A stretch of DNA of 64,000 nt from the human T2T-CHM13v2.0 reference genome, Homo sapiens, in NCBI RefSeq assembly GCF_009914755.1, contig NC_060940.1. The stretch is one strand, 5' to 3'. Of this stretch, positions 47,131 to 60,489 are shown one piece after another. The position numbers and the translations under genes were made by a program. The stretch's first letter is position 1. Every line of letters begins with the position of its first letter. The notes beneath the pieces are model-generated. The model saw nothing but the letters and a program-made list of their open reading frames with translations, was not told the DNA's origin and ran no database searches.

Positions 47131-47951
47131 TATTCTTATTTCGTCTTTGGAAGCAACTCTATAAGACTGAAAGAAAGAGAAGTACCACCTCCCCAAATAC
47201 TGGCCCAAAAATCTTTTATTTTAAAAGACAAAGAAAGAGCCACAGATCACACATGCATGGATCCATTCAAAATATTTATTTATTAAGTTCTTACTAATGG
47301 TAAAGGCATTATTTAAGGTGGTAGGAGAGAGAAAGGGGACTGTGAAATAGATTTCCTGCCCTCGGGGTCAGATTACCTGTTTGAGGAGTTCCCAAGTTTC
47401 AGAAAATCAGATGTGAGGGCTGAGACATCATCTTGATTATCCCATCATTTCATAGGTGGGGAAACTGAGGCCTGGATCAGGAGGTTGGTGGCTGATCTTA
47501 GCCCTCGGGCCATTTTCCCTGCACCTTCTCTCTGTTTTTACCAGCGGCAGCCCTTTGATCTCAGAATCTGCTTTATGCCCCTCACTGAAGAACTGCCTTT
47601 GCGGAATTGTCAAAAGATGCTTGTGGAGAGTTGGAAAAAGCCCCCACCCTTATCTTTCTGAGGAGGAGCAGAGGAGGCTGAGCTCTTTCAGCATCCTCTG
47701 AAATTTTATCAGTGCGTATCAGAGAGCCACTGCATAGGGAGCTGGCTGGTGCGTGCTTTTTTATGTAGGCTTCTTCTTCCTTTCAATGGACAGTTCTCAG
47801 TGCTTCCCAGACTCCTCCTTCTAATTCAGGTATCCTGTCCCCATTGCAAACCTGCCCAGAATGGGGTACGTTTCTGGGCTCAATTATCACAAGTTGTCCT
47901 TGCCTATATGGATATACTGCATTATTTCATCTCTTAAAGGGGGCATGATGT

Positions 47952-48245
<294 letters not shown>

Positions 48246-50079
48246 GTTGGGAGGTGGGGCATGGTGCAAGGCAAAGCTGCTTGAGGTGTATCCTGGTACA
48301 AAAATGGTTTCTCTGAGACAATAATCTCCATTTTCCACAGCCAGACTTGACTTAGCTGATGGTTTGGAGGTGCTGCTTGCCAATCCTTGGACTGAAGTTT
48401 TTAATTTCCAACAGCATGGCAAACAACATTTTATTTCTGGTTTATTTACAGATACATTTTCAGGGGCTGGACTGAGTGGGAGCGTTCTTGGACTAGGGTG
48501 GTAGGGATGCCGGGTCAGCCCACAAAGCAACATGGCCTGGGCATGAGGCTTCTCTGAAGAACGCATTTGGGGAGCCACCCAGGCCTCTGCCTCTGGGACA
48601 GTGTTTGGGGACCCTATTCAAATGGCGGAGAGCTGCCTTCCTAGCCTGTGATGCAAGGCTCTGCTGCCAGTGCTATGTATCAACAACTACCCTGGAAGTC
48701 CTTCCTGTAATTAACCCCAGCTTCAGGGACACTGCTATTTGCACATCAGTTCTCTCCTAAACACCGCCTCTTTGCCATTATTCCCTAGGAAGATGAGTCA
48801 CTGAAGGAGATGGCTTATCTCAACTCAGTTTTTAACTAGCTTTTGTCTCCTGGAGATATTTGTCGATGATACTTAACAACATTTCAAACCAGGCACTTCT
48901 TTTCCCCTTCAACTTTTTTTTTAATAACATTTTCTTCCTTTCTGCTTTTATATTTCTTCCTCTCCCTCCCATAGCCTTTCATGCATTCAGGATGTAAGAG
49001 AACCGGCATCAAAGCCCAGAGCCCTGCTGAATCCTCCTCCCCTATAGTAAGCGTGCCCTTTTCCTGTCTGATCATTGACTCATAACCACAGAATGTCCCA
49101 GGCACAGGATGGGGGAGAGGGAGGGCTGAATAAGAGGTACCACGGTCTGCAGCCCCAGAGGAGACAAAAGTTGAGGATTTGTTGAACAGGACTTTTTTTC
49201 CCCTTTGGGGATAATTGTCCAGGACACTCTGAGCTGACCCAGTCCAGGGTGGGAGTGAGGGGAAGCCAGCACCCCACCCCCAACCCATCAACTGGTGACT
49301 CCAACCAAGTGAGACTCCTGTGGTCAGGCTCCAAGTCCCAAGGCCAGGCCAGTCACCAGCCCATGCCCTGGGCACCACCAAGACTTTTGATTGCATTATT
49401 TAATTTTAAAGAGATTGAACATATGTGTATTGATTGCATACTATGTGCTGGACTTTGAGCTGACAGGTGACAAATACAGGCAGGCTTAAACGCTGTGGAA
49501 GTTACTGTCCCCCTCCTACAAGACAGAATTTCCAGGCCAGAGACAGCCCCGAGCTCCCCACACTGCCCAGGTCCTCCCTCCCCTTCTGTCTCCATTAGGG
49601 ATGAATGGGGATCACATCTGTTTCTTTTCTTGCTGAAAAGCAAGAGGCAAAGACCCTAAAATGGGGACAGACCAGCACACACCTGGGTGGTCTTTAAATT
49701 AGAGAAAAGGTTTTTTTTGCCAGAGTTCCTCATTTAAGCCTGCATTCTCAATATTTTTCATTGCTCTCTGCCCCTGTAGGTTGGGAGAAATGAGGTGGGT
49801 CGGGGGCAGGACTCTGGTGGGGGCATAACAGGGTACCCCCCCGCATTGTCCCATTCCTCTCTGGGGTTCACGCATGTTTCTCTCCACCATGTTTCCAGCA
49901 CTGGATTCCTCACTGGGCTGGCCAAGCATGGTCCAGGCACTAACAGCTCAGTGGGAGAGGCAGCGGCGGGTGCAGGCCATGAGGCTGCAACCATTTCCAT
50001 TTTAGTATACATGTGCAGTTTAGGTCCTTTGGAAAATTAAATTGTTAATGTTCTGGCTTGGTATTATTTTTATTTTAAG

Positions 50080-50225
50080 TGTAGAGTCTCAAGCCAGACT
50101 CTCTGGGGCAAAATCTCTGTGTTATAGCTGCCTGGCTTTGGAAACTGTGCCTCAGTTTTCTTGTCTATAAAATGGAGATAATAAAAGTCCGACCTCCTTG
50201 GGCTGTGAGCAACATTTGAGACTAG
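50080..50225 (+). mobile_element. MIR fragment
   Basis: 'ctgtgcctcagttttcttgtctataaaatggagataataaaagt'. Confidence 0.7.
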
Positions 50226-50464
50226 GTGTGAGCTCTGGTTTGTTGCTGGGGGCAGCCTCTAATGGTCTGCTTCTGCCTTCCTGCCCCACATTGAGACACC
50301 TTCCTCAGAGAGTTGTTGTGTCTCATTGAGAAACCTGGACATCTGTGGTTTCACTCAGCACTTTCTTTGTTAATTAAAATCACAAAGTAAGAAATAAGAT
50401 GCCCAGGGTGAGTCACTCTCCTGGAGTCACCAGGCTCGGGCTTTCTCAGGGTAGTGGTGTTAGA

Positions 50465-50581
50465 GAAGTATACACCAAATATTATATGGGGATGCAATTA
50501 TACTAACAAATTATTTGGTTGCCTGAAATTCAAGTTTAACTGGGGCATCCCATATTTTTATTTACAAAATCTGACAATCCT
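50465..50581. mobile_element. MER53 hAT MITE (one arm)
   Basis: 'ttatactaacaaattatt...ctgaaattcaagtttaactgggg...tttttatttacaaaatctgacaatcct'. Confidence 0.75.
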
Positions 50582-50679
50582 ATCTGAGGATTTTTTTTTT
50601 AAACTGGTGATTTGGTCCGATGCCCAGTATCCCTAAAGTAGACACAGGCCAGATGGGCTTCTAGAAATGGCTCTTCTCA

Positions 50680-50990
50680 CCCGGCATGGAGGCTCACATC
50701 TGTAACTCTAACACTTTGGGAGGCGGAGATGGGAGAATTGCTTGAGCCCAGAAGTTCAAGACCAGCCTGGGGTACATGGTGAAACCCTGTAGCTACACAA
50801 ATAAATAAATAAGCTGTGTGTGGTGGCATAGTGGTTCATGCCTGTAGTTCCAGCTACTTAGGAGCCTGAGGTTGGAGGTTGCTTGAGCCCTGGCGGTCAA
50901 GGTTGCAGTGAGCCATGATCCTGCCACTGTACTCCAGCCTGGGTGACAGAGTGAGACCCTGTCTCAAACCAAACAAACAAACAAACAAAC
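50680..50990 (+). mobile_element. AluJb-like with (CAAA)n tail
   Basis: J diagnostics; TSD agaaatggctcttctca (50663-50679) / agaaaggctcttctca (50991-51006). Confidence 0.93.
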
Positions 50991-51185
50991 AGAAAGGCTC
51001 TTCTCAGGAATATTTGAAAGCCTTAGAGCAGACGGAAAGAGAAAGGGGTGTCAATGGGAACTCACGTCTTCCCTGTTTCTTATGAAAATAGTGACAGCCA
51101 TTCTTAAAGTAGCTGCCTATGGCTAAGAGGACAGAAAAATATGCCTTCTGGAGGTGTTGTGGTTTTTTTAGGCTTCAATATAGTT

Positions 51186-51221
51186 GTGTGTGCGTGTGTG
51201 TGTGTGTGTGTATGTGTGTGT
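51186..51221. repeat. Interrupted (TG)n microsatellite
   Basis: Direct reading. Confidence 0.9.
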
Positions 51222-51736
51222 TATTAGGAGAGCAGGGGCCATGGGAGCAATTCAATTAGTGGCTTCTATACATCTGAGGGTCCTATGAACTATGTGATAG
51301 GCAACATATATGCCGTTCATTTTTGTATAAACATATACAATGTTTACCCAAACTGCTTGGTATAACAGTTTAACTTTCCAAGTTCTTCTTGCTTAATTAA
51401 CATATTCTGAGTTACAGAAAATTCTAATTCATTCATGAATGGGAGCGATTAAGTGGAGGAGGAATCAGCTATAAGGCATACTCCTGTGGTTGCTTTTTAG
51501 AGTTTGCCAAGGGAACCATTAAGTGAGCCTAGTTAGGCTTTTGTGTTTGTTATGTGAGGGGGGGCTGATAAGAATTATTATTATTACTTATAATTGTGAA
51601 CAAAAAGTAAAATTACTGTCTTATGGGAGATTTATTGAGTGTTCATTTCATAGACCATGCTTCTTAATGAGCCAAATCGTGATCCACTGGGCTTATAACG
51701 TCAATGAGTGTAGCTTGAGTAAGAATGTTGTTTAGA

Positions 51737-51740
<4 letters not shown>

Positions 51741-51776
<36 letters not shown>
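51741..51776. repeat. (GT)18 microsatellite
   Basis: Direct reading. Confidence 0.97.
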
Positions 51777-51778
<2 letters not shown>

Positions 51779-53080
51779 CTTTTTCTTTCTTTCTTTTCCT
51801 CCAAAGAGAGTGATGAGAGAAATTTAGTCTCTGGCCACAACAGTGGTGTGATTCAGATCCCAGCATTTATAGAGGCAAATTAGTTGGTGCACCAGCATAC
51901 TAATGTGGCAGACACCAGCCTGAAGGCAGAGGGGCTAGAGGAGGGGCTTTCTCTAGGAGATGCTTAAAGGTGACCAGAGACCCAAAGACAGACTTTTAGG
52001 ATGGAACAGCCCCCTGAGTCAAAAGAGGAAGTTTGCTTCGGTCTTTGTATTTTCCAAATGTTCTTTTCTCCTTTCTTTGCAAAACGGCAGATAAATATAA
52101 TTTTCTATTGTTACATCAGTAAGTTTTGATCCAAGTCCCACAGTGAATAAATAACTATATAAATAAATACATACATAAATGAGGTCATCATTTCTTATTT
52201 AGATTTTTAGAGGAGATGGCTAGGAAATACTTTACCAAAATTAAAATTCCAATCTACATTTAGAGTGGCTAGATGATATTTCAGCCACTCCGTGCCTGAT
52301 CTTTTCAAAAGCATGAGCTCCTTTGCCTCTTAATTCCACAGCTTCTCTTTGAGAGAGAGTGAGGGACGAATTTGTAGGCTGGAGTTTGTGGCATGGCAGG
52401 AAATCAGAGACAAACTCTCAGAGATTAAAGGAGCTGGGACTTAAGGGTAAAAATATAATGGAAGCCAGTTTTTGACAGAAACTTTTTCCAATACATGTGC
52501 AGCCATCATGGCCAAAAAACATAATTTACATTCACCTCTTTACCTGCAAGACAAGTTACTTTGGTTCCTTTCATTAATTGGATTTACAATGCATCCTTTA
52601 TGAATTATAAAGTAGTTTGATTTAAAAATACCTCATTTTCCCTTCCATGTAACTTTATCTAGGATTTTCAAATCTCACTTTTGTGAATAAGTCACTCCAG
52701 TTTAGCTCCTAGGCATTGCGCAGGATCACCTTGCCGCATGGGTTGCCACTCGCCTCACCCTATTTTAAGATTTTTTAAAACTTAATTACGACAAGATGGA
52801 ATATCCCTCTGTCAACAAGTCTTGGTAACTGCTGGCTCACTCTTTTTCTTCTTACCCAGGGCCCATCCTTTTTCTTCTCAAATCCTATTTAATTTTTGCA
52901 TTTCCTGATTTTTATCTTGGGAAAACAAAAACCAGCTGCAGTCAGTTAAGGAAACAGCTGAGGGATGCTGGCAGGTAGAGGCCTTGCAGATTTTCAGCCT
53001 GAAATTGTGAAAACTGAAATGCAGCGTGTCAGGTTGCAGTGACTTCTGCACCTCCCCAGTTCTCTCCCTTCTGCCTGCAA

Positions 53081-53145
53081 ACACACACACGCGCGCACAC
53101 ACACATACACACACACATGCATACGCATACACTCATGCACACACA
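53081..53145. repeat. Compound (CA)/(CG)/(TA) alternating purine-pyrimidine tract
   Basis: acacacacacgcgcgcacacacacatacacacacacatgcatacgcatacac. Confidence 0.9.
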
Positions 53146-54274
53146 AGTCCCTTTTTCTCGCCTCTTGCCCGGCGTCCCCCTCACTTTCTACAGCTGTATT
53201 TCTAATCAGCAGAAGATACATCTTGCTTGGAGTCAACACTCCTTTTCTCTGCGCATTCTTAACCTTCTATCTTATGCATGGATCACTGGTTAGCTTAGAA
53301 ATGCGCAGACACAAAGGGGGAGCTGACATGTGAGGTTTGACGGCCATAATGGCTGTTTATAAGCCTAATCCATCACGTTTAGTGGACACCTCCATTTTTG
53401 TCCCTCTGAAAAGGTATAAATAATAAAATGGGATAGCTCCAGCTCAGAGGTGCCTTGGTAAATATTTTAACTATTTACAAAATAGCACCAATAACAAAAG
53501 AAGCATCTGTACCCATGCACAGAGGGGCCCCCGGTCATTAAGAGAGACCCAGATGGTTCCTACCATTCAAACAACAATAACATTTCTTGATGACAGAGCT
53601 TTTGTAACATGGTTTACATTTTTTTTCCATATCACATTGTGATATTCTGAATTTGCACTGCTTTTTCTTCATTGCCCCCAGCAACCCTTCTAAAGAAAAT
53701 CTCGCCAAATAGCCTTTGCCCCTAAGAAAAGAACAAGGCCTTGGAGGAACATGGCAAATGTGTGATTCAAAGCCCAATTCAGAGACAATTCTGAACAGTT
53801 ATAAACCAGGCCTTCTTAAAGTCCAAATATTGACATGGGCCCACTTATTCTGTGGCCCAGTTCAAGGTTAGCTTTCGGTAAACACCCCCCTTAAGTCCCG
53901 AATGAGCTGTGCCATCTCAGACTGAGTGCATGAATCTGCCGCACTGGGTTTGATTTTACTCTTTCATGCCAGGCATAAAGAGAGTAAAATGGAGGTCTGG
54001 GAACCCCAAAGGAGACTTTTGGAGTTAAATGTCTTTTTTCTTTGAGGACCCTGTGCGTGACTATATGGTTGGGGGCAGAGTGGCAGTGAAGACACTGCGT
54101 GGCTTTTGAAATCTTTCAGCAAGTCAGACTTTTTTTGTTCTGTACGCAACAAAGCAGGGGGTATCTGCAGCCCGGGGCTGCTTAGTAACTGTTGGAAACT
54201 TTAGTTCTCTCTGAACCACTGGGAAAGTCAAATTTTTCGTTACACAAAAAACGGCAGAGAGAGAGGCAGAAGAG

Positions 54275-54510
54275 TGGGGCGGTTAAGGAACCCAGGTTCT
54301 CGTGTCAGGGCAGACCTAGTTTTCAGTCTTCTCTCTGTCCACACTAGCTGTGGGGCTCCAGGCAAAAGTTTCTCAGCATTGAGCTTCATTTTCCAACCCA
54401 TAATACGAGGTCAATAATGAAGTGAGCTTTGGATAATAACTGTGTGAATTACTAGATATGGTATATATTTAAAGCCGAGTGCTAAATGCTCTACAAAGGT
54501 TGCTATAATT
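54275..54510 (+). mobile_element. MIR SINE
   Basis: 'cggttaaggaacccaggttct...actagctgtgggg...ggcaa...tgagcttcattttcc'. Confidence 0.6.
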
Positions 54511-54699
54511 AATACGAACAAACCTCTCATAGAGAAATAAAATCTTTTAAAACTAGAAGATGAGGCGGACAGCAATTTCACTTCATGCTTTCTAAACAGC
54601 ACTGGCGTCTGAAATTTCCTATAGGGAAAGGAAACCAAAAAACGAGACCATGTAACCACTCTCTAGGTCTTTCAGAAACCTAAATGTTCATTTTTTTTC

Positions 54700-55130
54700 C
54701 AAAGGCTCTATTTAATTTTGGAGCTCCCACTTTCCAAATTTGGTCAATAAAATTAACAGCCTCCTTTTTAGTGGAACATCACACCTCCAAATGAGCTCAA
54801 GCTGGCCCTGCGATTGTCCTTCGGAATGTGAGGTTTACATTTCACAGCTCCTCGCCAAGTAATGAATGAATCGGAGCTCGTAAACAAACGAGATCCTCGC
54901 TTCCCTTGTTCTGTGGCCCCCAACGTGGGGTGTGTGTTACAAAGAAAAATATTTATCCTGTTTGTGTGGCGCTGGGTCCCTGAATGGTCCACCAATAAAA
55001 CAACACCATAAAGGGCATTTCACAGCTGAGCTCGCAATTTAATAAACAGATGCAAACAGAAGGCCTTGGAGGTCAACAATTAAAAATAAACCAGCAGAGG
55101 TTCTCCTTGGAATTCCGTTTCTCTATAAAG
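54700..55130. promoter_or_regulatory. Candidate developmental enhancer (repeat-free, motif-dense)
   Basis: Posterior-HOX-type CAATAAAA x2, CTCGTAAA, CCATAAA; forkhead GTAAACA/ATAAACA; T-box TCACACCT; E-boxes; several retained CpGs. Motif evidence only. Confidence 0.4.
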
Positions 55131-55649
55131 CAGAGAGGACCAGGCCCCCGCAGCTGTGGTGGGGGAGGGTGAGTGGTGGGAAAGAAGGCTTTCCAGCCCG
55201 TATGAGCTTGGGGGTGGGGTGGGGTTGTACCTGCTCTAGATGATTATTCCAATAACTCCCTTTCTAGCAAGAAAGGGAAACTTTGAAAGCAGATGACATA
55301 TAACTCATGGACCCAAAGTGGGCTGGAGAATGATACCTTAACCTTGGTTGACAGCAAATGCTATATCTCAATTTCTCTATTTTATGCACCAAAGACAGTA
55401 AATATTGGAGCCAATGATCTGAAACAGTGGGAGAATCAAAGAATCACTTCTGTAGAGTTGGTTTTGGAATGGGTTTTCTACTTAAATTTGGAAATGTGTT
55501 TGTGTCTTGTGTCTGTCTGTGTGTATGTGTGTGATGCCTATACAATAGCAAAGCCACTAACTAAAGTCCTGGAAAGTTGGCGAGAGTCACCGTTCTGTAC
55601 CCATTTCCAACTTCACCTTGTACCCCCTCTTATTGCTGCTCAAACCAAG

Positions 55650-55880
55650 GCTGTCCACAGCATGGATACACCTGTCAGATCCATAATCTGCCACCTACCT
55701 GTGTGACCTCAGGCTTCTGTGTCAATTCCTCCTGGCTCATTTTTCTGTTAAAAAAGGGTAACGACAGTACCTGGTTACTACTGGCTAAAAAGTGTTGGGT
55801 GAAGATTCAGTGAGGTTGTTCACGTGAGTCTCTTAAGACAGTATTTGCACAAAGCAAGGACTCGAAAATGTTAGTTCTTG
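55650..55880 (+). mobile_element. MIR SINE
   Basis: 'ctgccacctacctgtgtgacctcaggc...aacgacagtacct...gtgaagattcagtgag'. Confidence 0.7.
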
Positions 55881-56859
55881 TTCACAGTATCTGTGCAGTC
55901 TGAGAAGGTTACGCTTTCTTTCAGGGACCTCTGCTGGGGCAGATTACACTCACTTGATTTGCGAATGTGTTGAAGGCCTATAAGCCTCCCATTCCCACAC
56001 ACTCACCCACACAAAATCCCAAATGCCTACACTGCTAATGCCTGCAATCTTTCCACATTCCTCCACTGATAAGACGGTGAAGGATGGGTTTAAAGATAAC
56101 CATTTGCTATGGGGATAGACCTCCCACCAGGACCCAGGTCCATCTGATAGGCAGAATGGAAAGGAGCCCAGTATCATGTGGCTGGTTGCGCCAAGCTCCT
56201 CTCCCACATCAGCTTAAGGACCCCAGAGCCACGTTGTGAGTCCCCAGTGTAAATAACCACTATGATGGGTCTGACTTATGCAGTTAGGAGCTTCCCAGCC
56301 CCATCTTCTTCACACAGGGGTGGTAGAGGCTGTGACCTCAGCAAATCACTCAAGTACTGGGTATTCAAGTGAATCCCAGTTATACCAGGGAGCTCCCACA
56401 GAGGCTTGAGGCAGAGAGAGTGATGTGGCTCACATTTGGAGACTTGGGTGTTTTATGCATATCCAGACCCTCTTTCTTCTTGAATTAGTTACTTGGGAAT
56501 CACATGGGCTTGGGTTTGAGTTCTTCCACTGCCTTCTTTCTCTCCTTGAAACAAACAAGAGAAAATGCCAAGAGCATTGCTAGGAAACAGGATTCAGAAC
56601 TAAAGTCTTCCTTTCATCTACATGTCAAATACCAATATTTTCCACCTCTGCATCTAGTTTACTAATATTTAAAAAATTCTCTTCTACATATCTTTTTATC
56701 TACCCCTTGGGACGAGCTCGAGTGAGACTATTATCATCCTACTGTCACCAAAGACAAAACAGATATTCAGAGGTGATGTAGCCCCCAGTACATCAGGGTT
56801 AAATAGCAAAATTGGATGTTTTTACCCATAACTTTTATTTTTGCATTTTGATTTAGATC

Positions 56860-57360
56860 TGAACTTTAAAAATCCAACTGTGGCAAAGTATAACACTCAT
56901 ACAGAAAAATGCCTGAAATATAAAAGCACGGTTTAACAAATAATTGTGAAGTCACTGCCTGAATAACCATCATTCAGGTCTAGATATAGATATCTCTATC
57001 TTCCCTGGGTTCTCCTTTCTAAACAGGACACCCAGAATAGATAGAGGCACTGTTTTGACTTTTCTGGTAACCATTTTTCTTCCTTTATTTTATGATCTTA
57101 CTGCTTATATTAGTTTTCATAAACAATGTAGTTTAGTTTTGCTTCTTTTTGAATGTTACAGGAATAGATGCATATGGTATTTATTTATTTGAATTTGCCT
57201 GTCTTTTGGCAATCATAGGTTTGTAAGATTCATCCATGTTGCTGAATGATACTGTGGTGCATTCATTTTCTTTATTGCTATAATGTATTTCACTTTGAGA
57301 CTGCAACCTGATTTATATCCCCATTCTAAGTTGGTTGACTCTAAGCCATCTTCAGTTATG
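56860..57360 (-). mobile_element. L1ME-type 3' end
   Basis: 'catacagaaaaatgc...taaacaatgtagtttagttttgc...agattcatccatgttgctg'. Confidence 0.75.
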
Positions 57361-57363
57361 TTT

Positions 57364-57729
57364 TGTGATGTAGATTGCAAAAATTGTTCACACCTCTATA
57401 CGTCTAGGCCCTCTGCCAAGCTTTGGGTAATTTTTAAAAAAGGCAATAGTTTGACAGGTGTGAACTATGGCTTCAAGAGGGCTTATATGTCTCTACCTCC
57501 TCTCTTGCAGCTCTCTCATCACCATGAGAAAAATAAGGGCAGGCTAGGCTGCCAGCGCAAGGAGGAGGGTGAGAGATGTGGAAAGAAGTAAACCTGAAAA
57601 TAAATGAACAAGGCCAACCAAGATCTGCTGAACCCTATAAATACGTAAGCGGTAAATGCTTATTGTTATATAATGCTAATATCTTGTAATTGTTTGTTAT
57701 GCATTATTTAGCAATAGATAAGTGATACA
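57364..57729 (+). mobile_element. MLT1G/H LTR inserted into the L1ME
   Basis: 'tgtgatgtagattgcaaaaatt...caccatgagaa...tgtttgttatgca...gcaatagataagtgataca'. Confidence 0.7.
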
Positions 57730-58168
57730 AGCTGCTCTAAGAAATATGCTTACACATCTTCTTGTCAAAATTAGAAATTTGCACAATTTTCCAACTGCAA
57801 AGCCTAAGTTACTTCCATCACATTGGACCTTAGCCTTTATCAAGTAGTTTTGGTGAAAAATGTCAGCTAGAATTTAAAATCGTACCCCCAGCATATGAAT
57901 CTAACTGTGAATAATCCACCCATGGCTCTCATAGAAGTCCCTCTGTACCTTTTTTGTTTATTTGTTTTAGTTTTTATTTTTATTATTTATTTTACATTAG
58001 AAAATTTCAGCTTTCAAAATCTCTTCTTTGATTATCTGGGAATACTTCTTGCCCATGGCATTCTCTTTCTTTGTTTTTATTTCTGAGTTCTTCAACAGAA
58101 ATTGTGGAATGATCATAGAGTAAAGGTGTCTAGGTCAGATTAATACATGTTCTGAATCAACTGGAATC

Positions 58169-58540
58169 CAGAGGTCTCAAACTGATGGCCCTGATGACAA
58201 ATTAAGTCCACAGACATACTTTACTTAGTCTATAGAGTTTAAAAGTTGTTACTGAGACAACAAGAAAAACAAAACAAAAACAGACATTTTACATAAAAAC
58301 AGATTTTACACTTTTCTAGAATTATCATAATATTTATTAACATTGGGCCTGTAGTCCTACTTGGTAAATATTGAACGAAGCTGAGGAGTGGTTTTCCCTT
58401 TTGAGGGGTATGTGGCCTCTAATTTGCCACAATCCCCTTATCTCCTATTCCGCCCAATACTGGGACTGGGTACTGGTTGCCATTTATAATAGTCCATATG
58501 ATTCTGTTTTCTAATGAAAGAGAACTATTTCTCTAACAAA
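58169..58540 (-). mobile_element. Charlie4-like hAT DNA transposon
   Basis: Terminal 'cagaggtctcaaactgatggccc'; 'ttttacataaaaacagatttt...aacattgggcctgta'. Confidence 0.65.
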
Positions 58541-58781
58541 AATTGGGGCAAAAAAGGGGGATTAAAAGGGAATTCTAATTTATTTTTCTGGCCACTATGG
58601 CTCTAATAAGTCTTTACTCAATGATTAATGTGCATTAGATCTCGTCACTTACTTCTCAGCTCCAGAACCTTCAATGGCTCCCCACTGTCTATGGGATAAA
58701 GTCCAACTCCCTTATGTGGCATTCAGTCCCTTCACAGTCAACTTCCTTGACAGCCACATCTCCTACCCTATACATCTGTGA

Positions 58782-59132
<351 letters not shown>

Positions 59133-59329
59133 TGTCCATTATTCTTAAACGTCATTTATCTGCTGTTGTATTAAAATGCTGCTCATCTGCTAAGGTTAAA
59201 CTAAATTCTTCTTCCTCTCTGGGCCCCACTGTCAGTGTTAATTGTCGGAGTTCTTTTGAATCTTGAGCTCTGTGTATCATCATTTTGAAACATAATTCCT
59301 TCTGTCCTGATGTATGAGCATGCACAAAT

Positions 59330-59567
59330 GAATAGTGAACATCTTACTGAGTATTCACTCCATGCCAGGCACTATGTTACATGCTTCATGTGTGGTTCAC
59401 TAAGCCTCACAACTGGTACCTGAGATGATGTGAGCCTTATCCCCATTTTACAGATGAGGACACTGTGATCAGAGAGGCACAAGGTCACAGCCATGTAAAT
59501 CATACAGCTGGGATTTTCATCCTGGTGTTCTGGCTTTAGACCCCAAGTTTCTAACCACTATGCCACA
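59330..59567 (-). mobile_element. Near full-length MIR
   Basis: 'atgccaggcactatg...tatccccattttacagatgagg...caaggtcacagc...taaccactatgc'. Confidence 0.85.
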
Positions 59568-60299
59568 ATCCCTCTCTAGTGTCTCTTACCAGATGACCAG
59601 ATAAGTAATTGCCTATTATTTATTTCTTTTTCTCAGTCCATCTTAGCATGATGCATTAAACATAATATGTATGCAAAGAATGTTAAATGAATGACGGAAT
59701 CAGTGACAGAAAACTGTGATGATCTGTTTACCATCTTCCTTTGCTTTTGAGAAACTGATGGCGCTACATTACCCCCAAAGCCTTTGTTGGTGGTTTGGGG
59801 TTGGACATCTGAGACAACCTACCCAATCATCATTCTCTAATCTCCTGGTAACACTGGGTAACTCCAGGATTGGCAAATAGTTGGTGCTGAACCAATTGGA
59901 ATTCTTCCCTTGAACTTTACAGACTGTAAGCAGGAGAAATCAGCAGTCTGTCATCCGTGGTTAGAGCTGTAAGACCTAAAACCTGGACGTTCTTGAAGAC
60001 CATGTTTCCTGCCATGCCAAGAAAACCAGGCTGCAGACAGTGAAAATTAACAGAATAGGCAAAGAGAAATAGAAAGGTAAAACACAGAGAGATTCTGAAT
60101 AGCATCCACTATTTGTTACTGTTATTGTTCCTAAAATTAGTCACCTTCCTTGACATTCCCCCAGCTTGAATGGTCAATCTTTCCTGGAATCCACGAGCCA
60201 GTATTTTCCCTTTTGTAGCTAAAGTGGTGTGAATAGCATTTCTGATACTTCCAACTGAAACAGCCCTGATGGATATAGGCAGAAGTAGAATGTGGACTG

Positions 60300-60355
60300 A
60301 AAAGGGATTCTGTGTCACAAAGCTATTTTCTTGAACCTCTGTGCCACCCATTAAA
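60300..60355 (+). repeat. Dispersed 56-bp direct repeat, copy A
   Basis: About 91% identical to 61267-61323 by manual alignment. Confidence 0.92.
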
Positions 60356-60489
60356 GAGATATAAAGAGAACACATTCTGTGTTTATTATTTATTTAGGAC
60401 TGCAAACGCATTATCCTTGGAAGTTAAATAAATGGATAAGACACTTGCTGTCCATGAACTCATAGCTACAAATAATTAGAATTTTTATT

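Noticed and set aside
48884-49396. 170-aa ORF
   Set aside because: Low-complexity composition, no motifs or splice support.
55158-55225. G-rich stretches as a G-quadruplex
   Set aside because: Each cluster has only three G-runs, and the clusters are about 30 nt apart.
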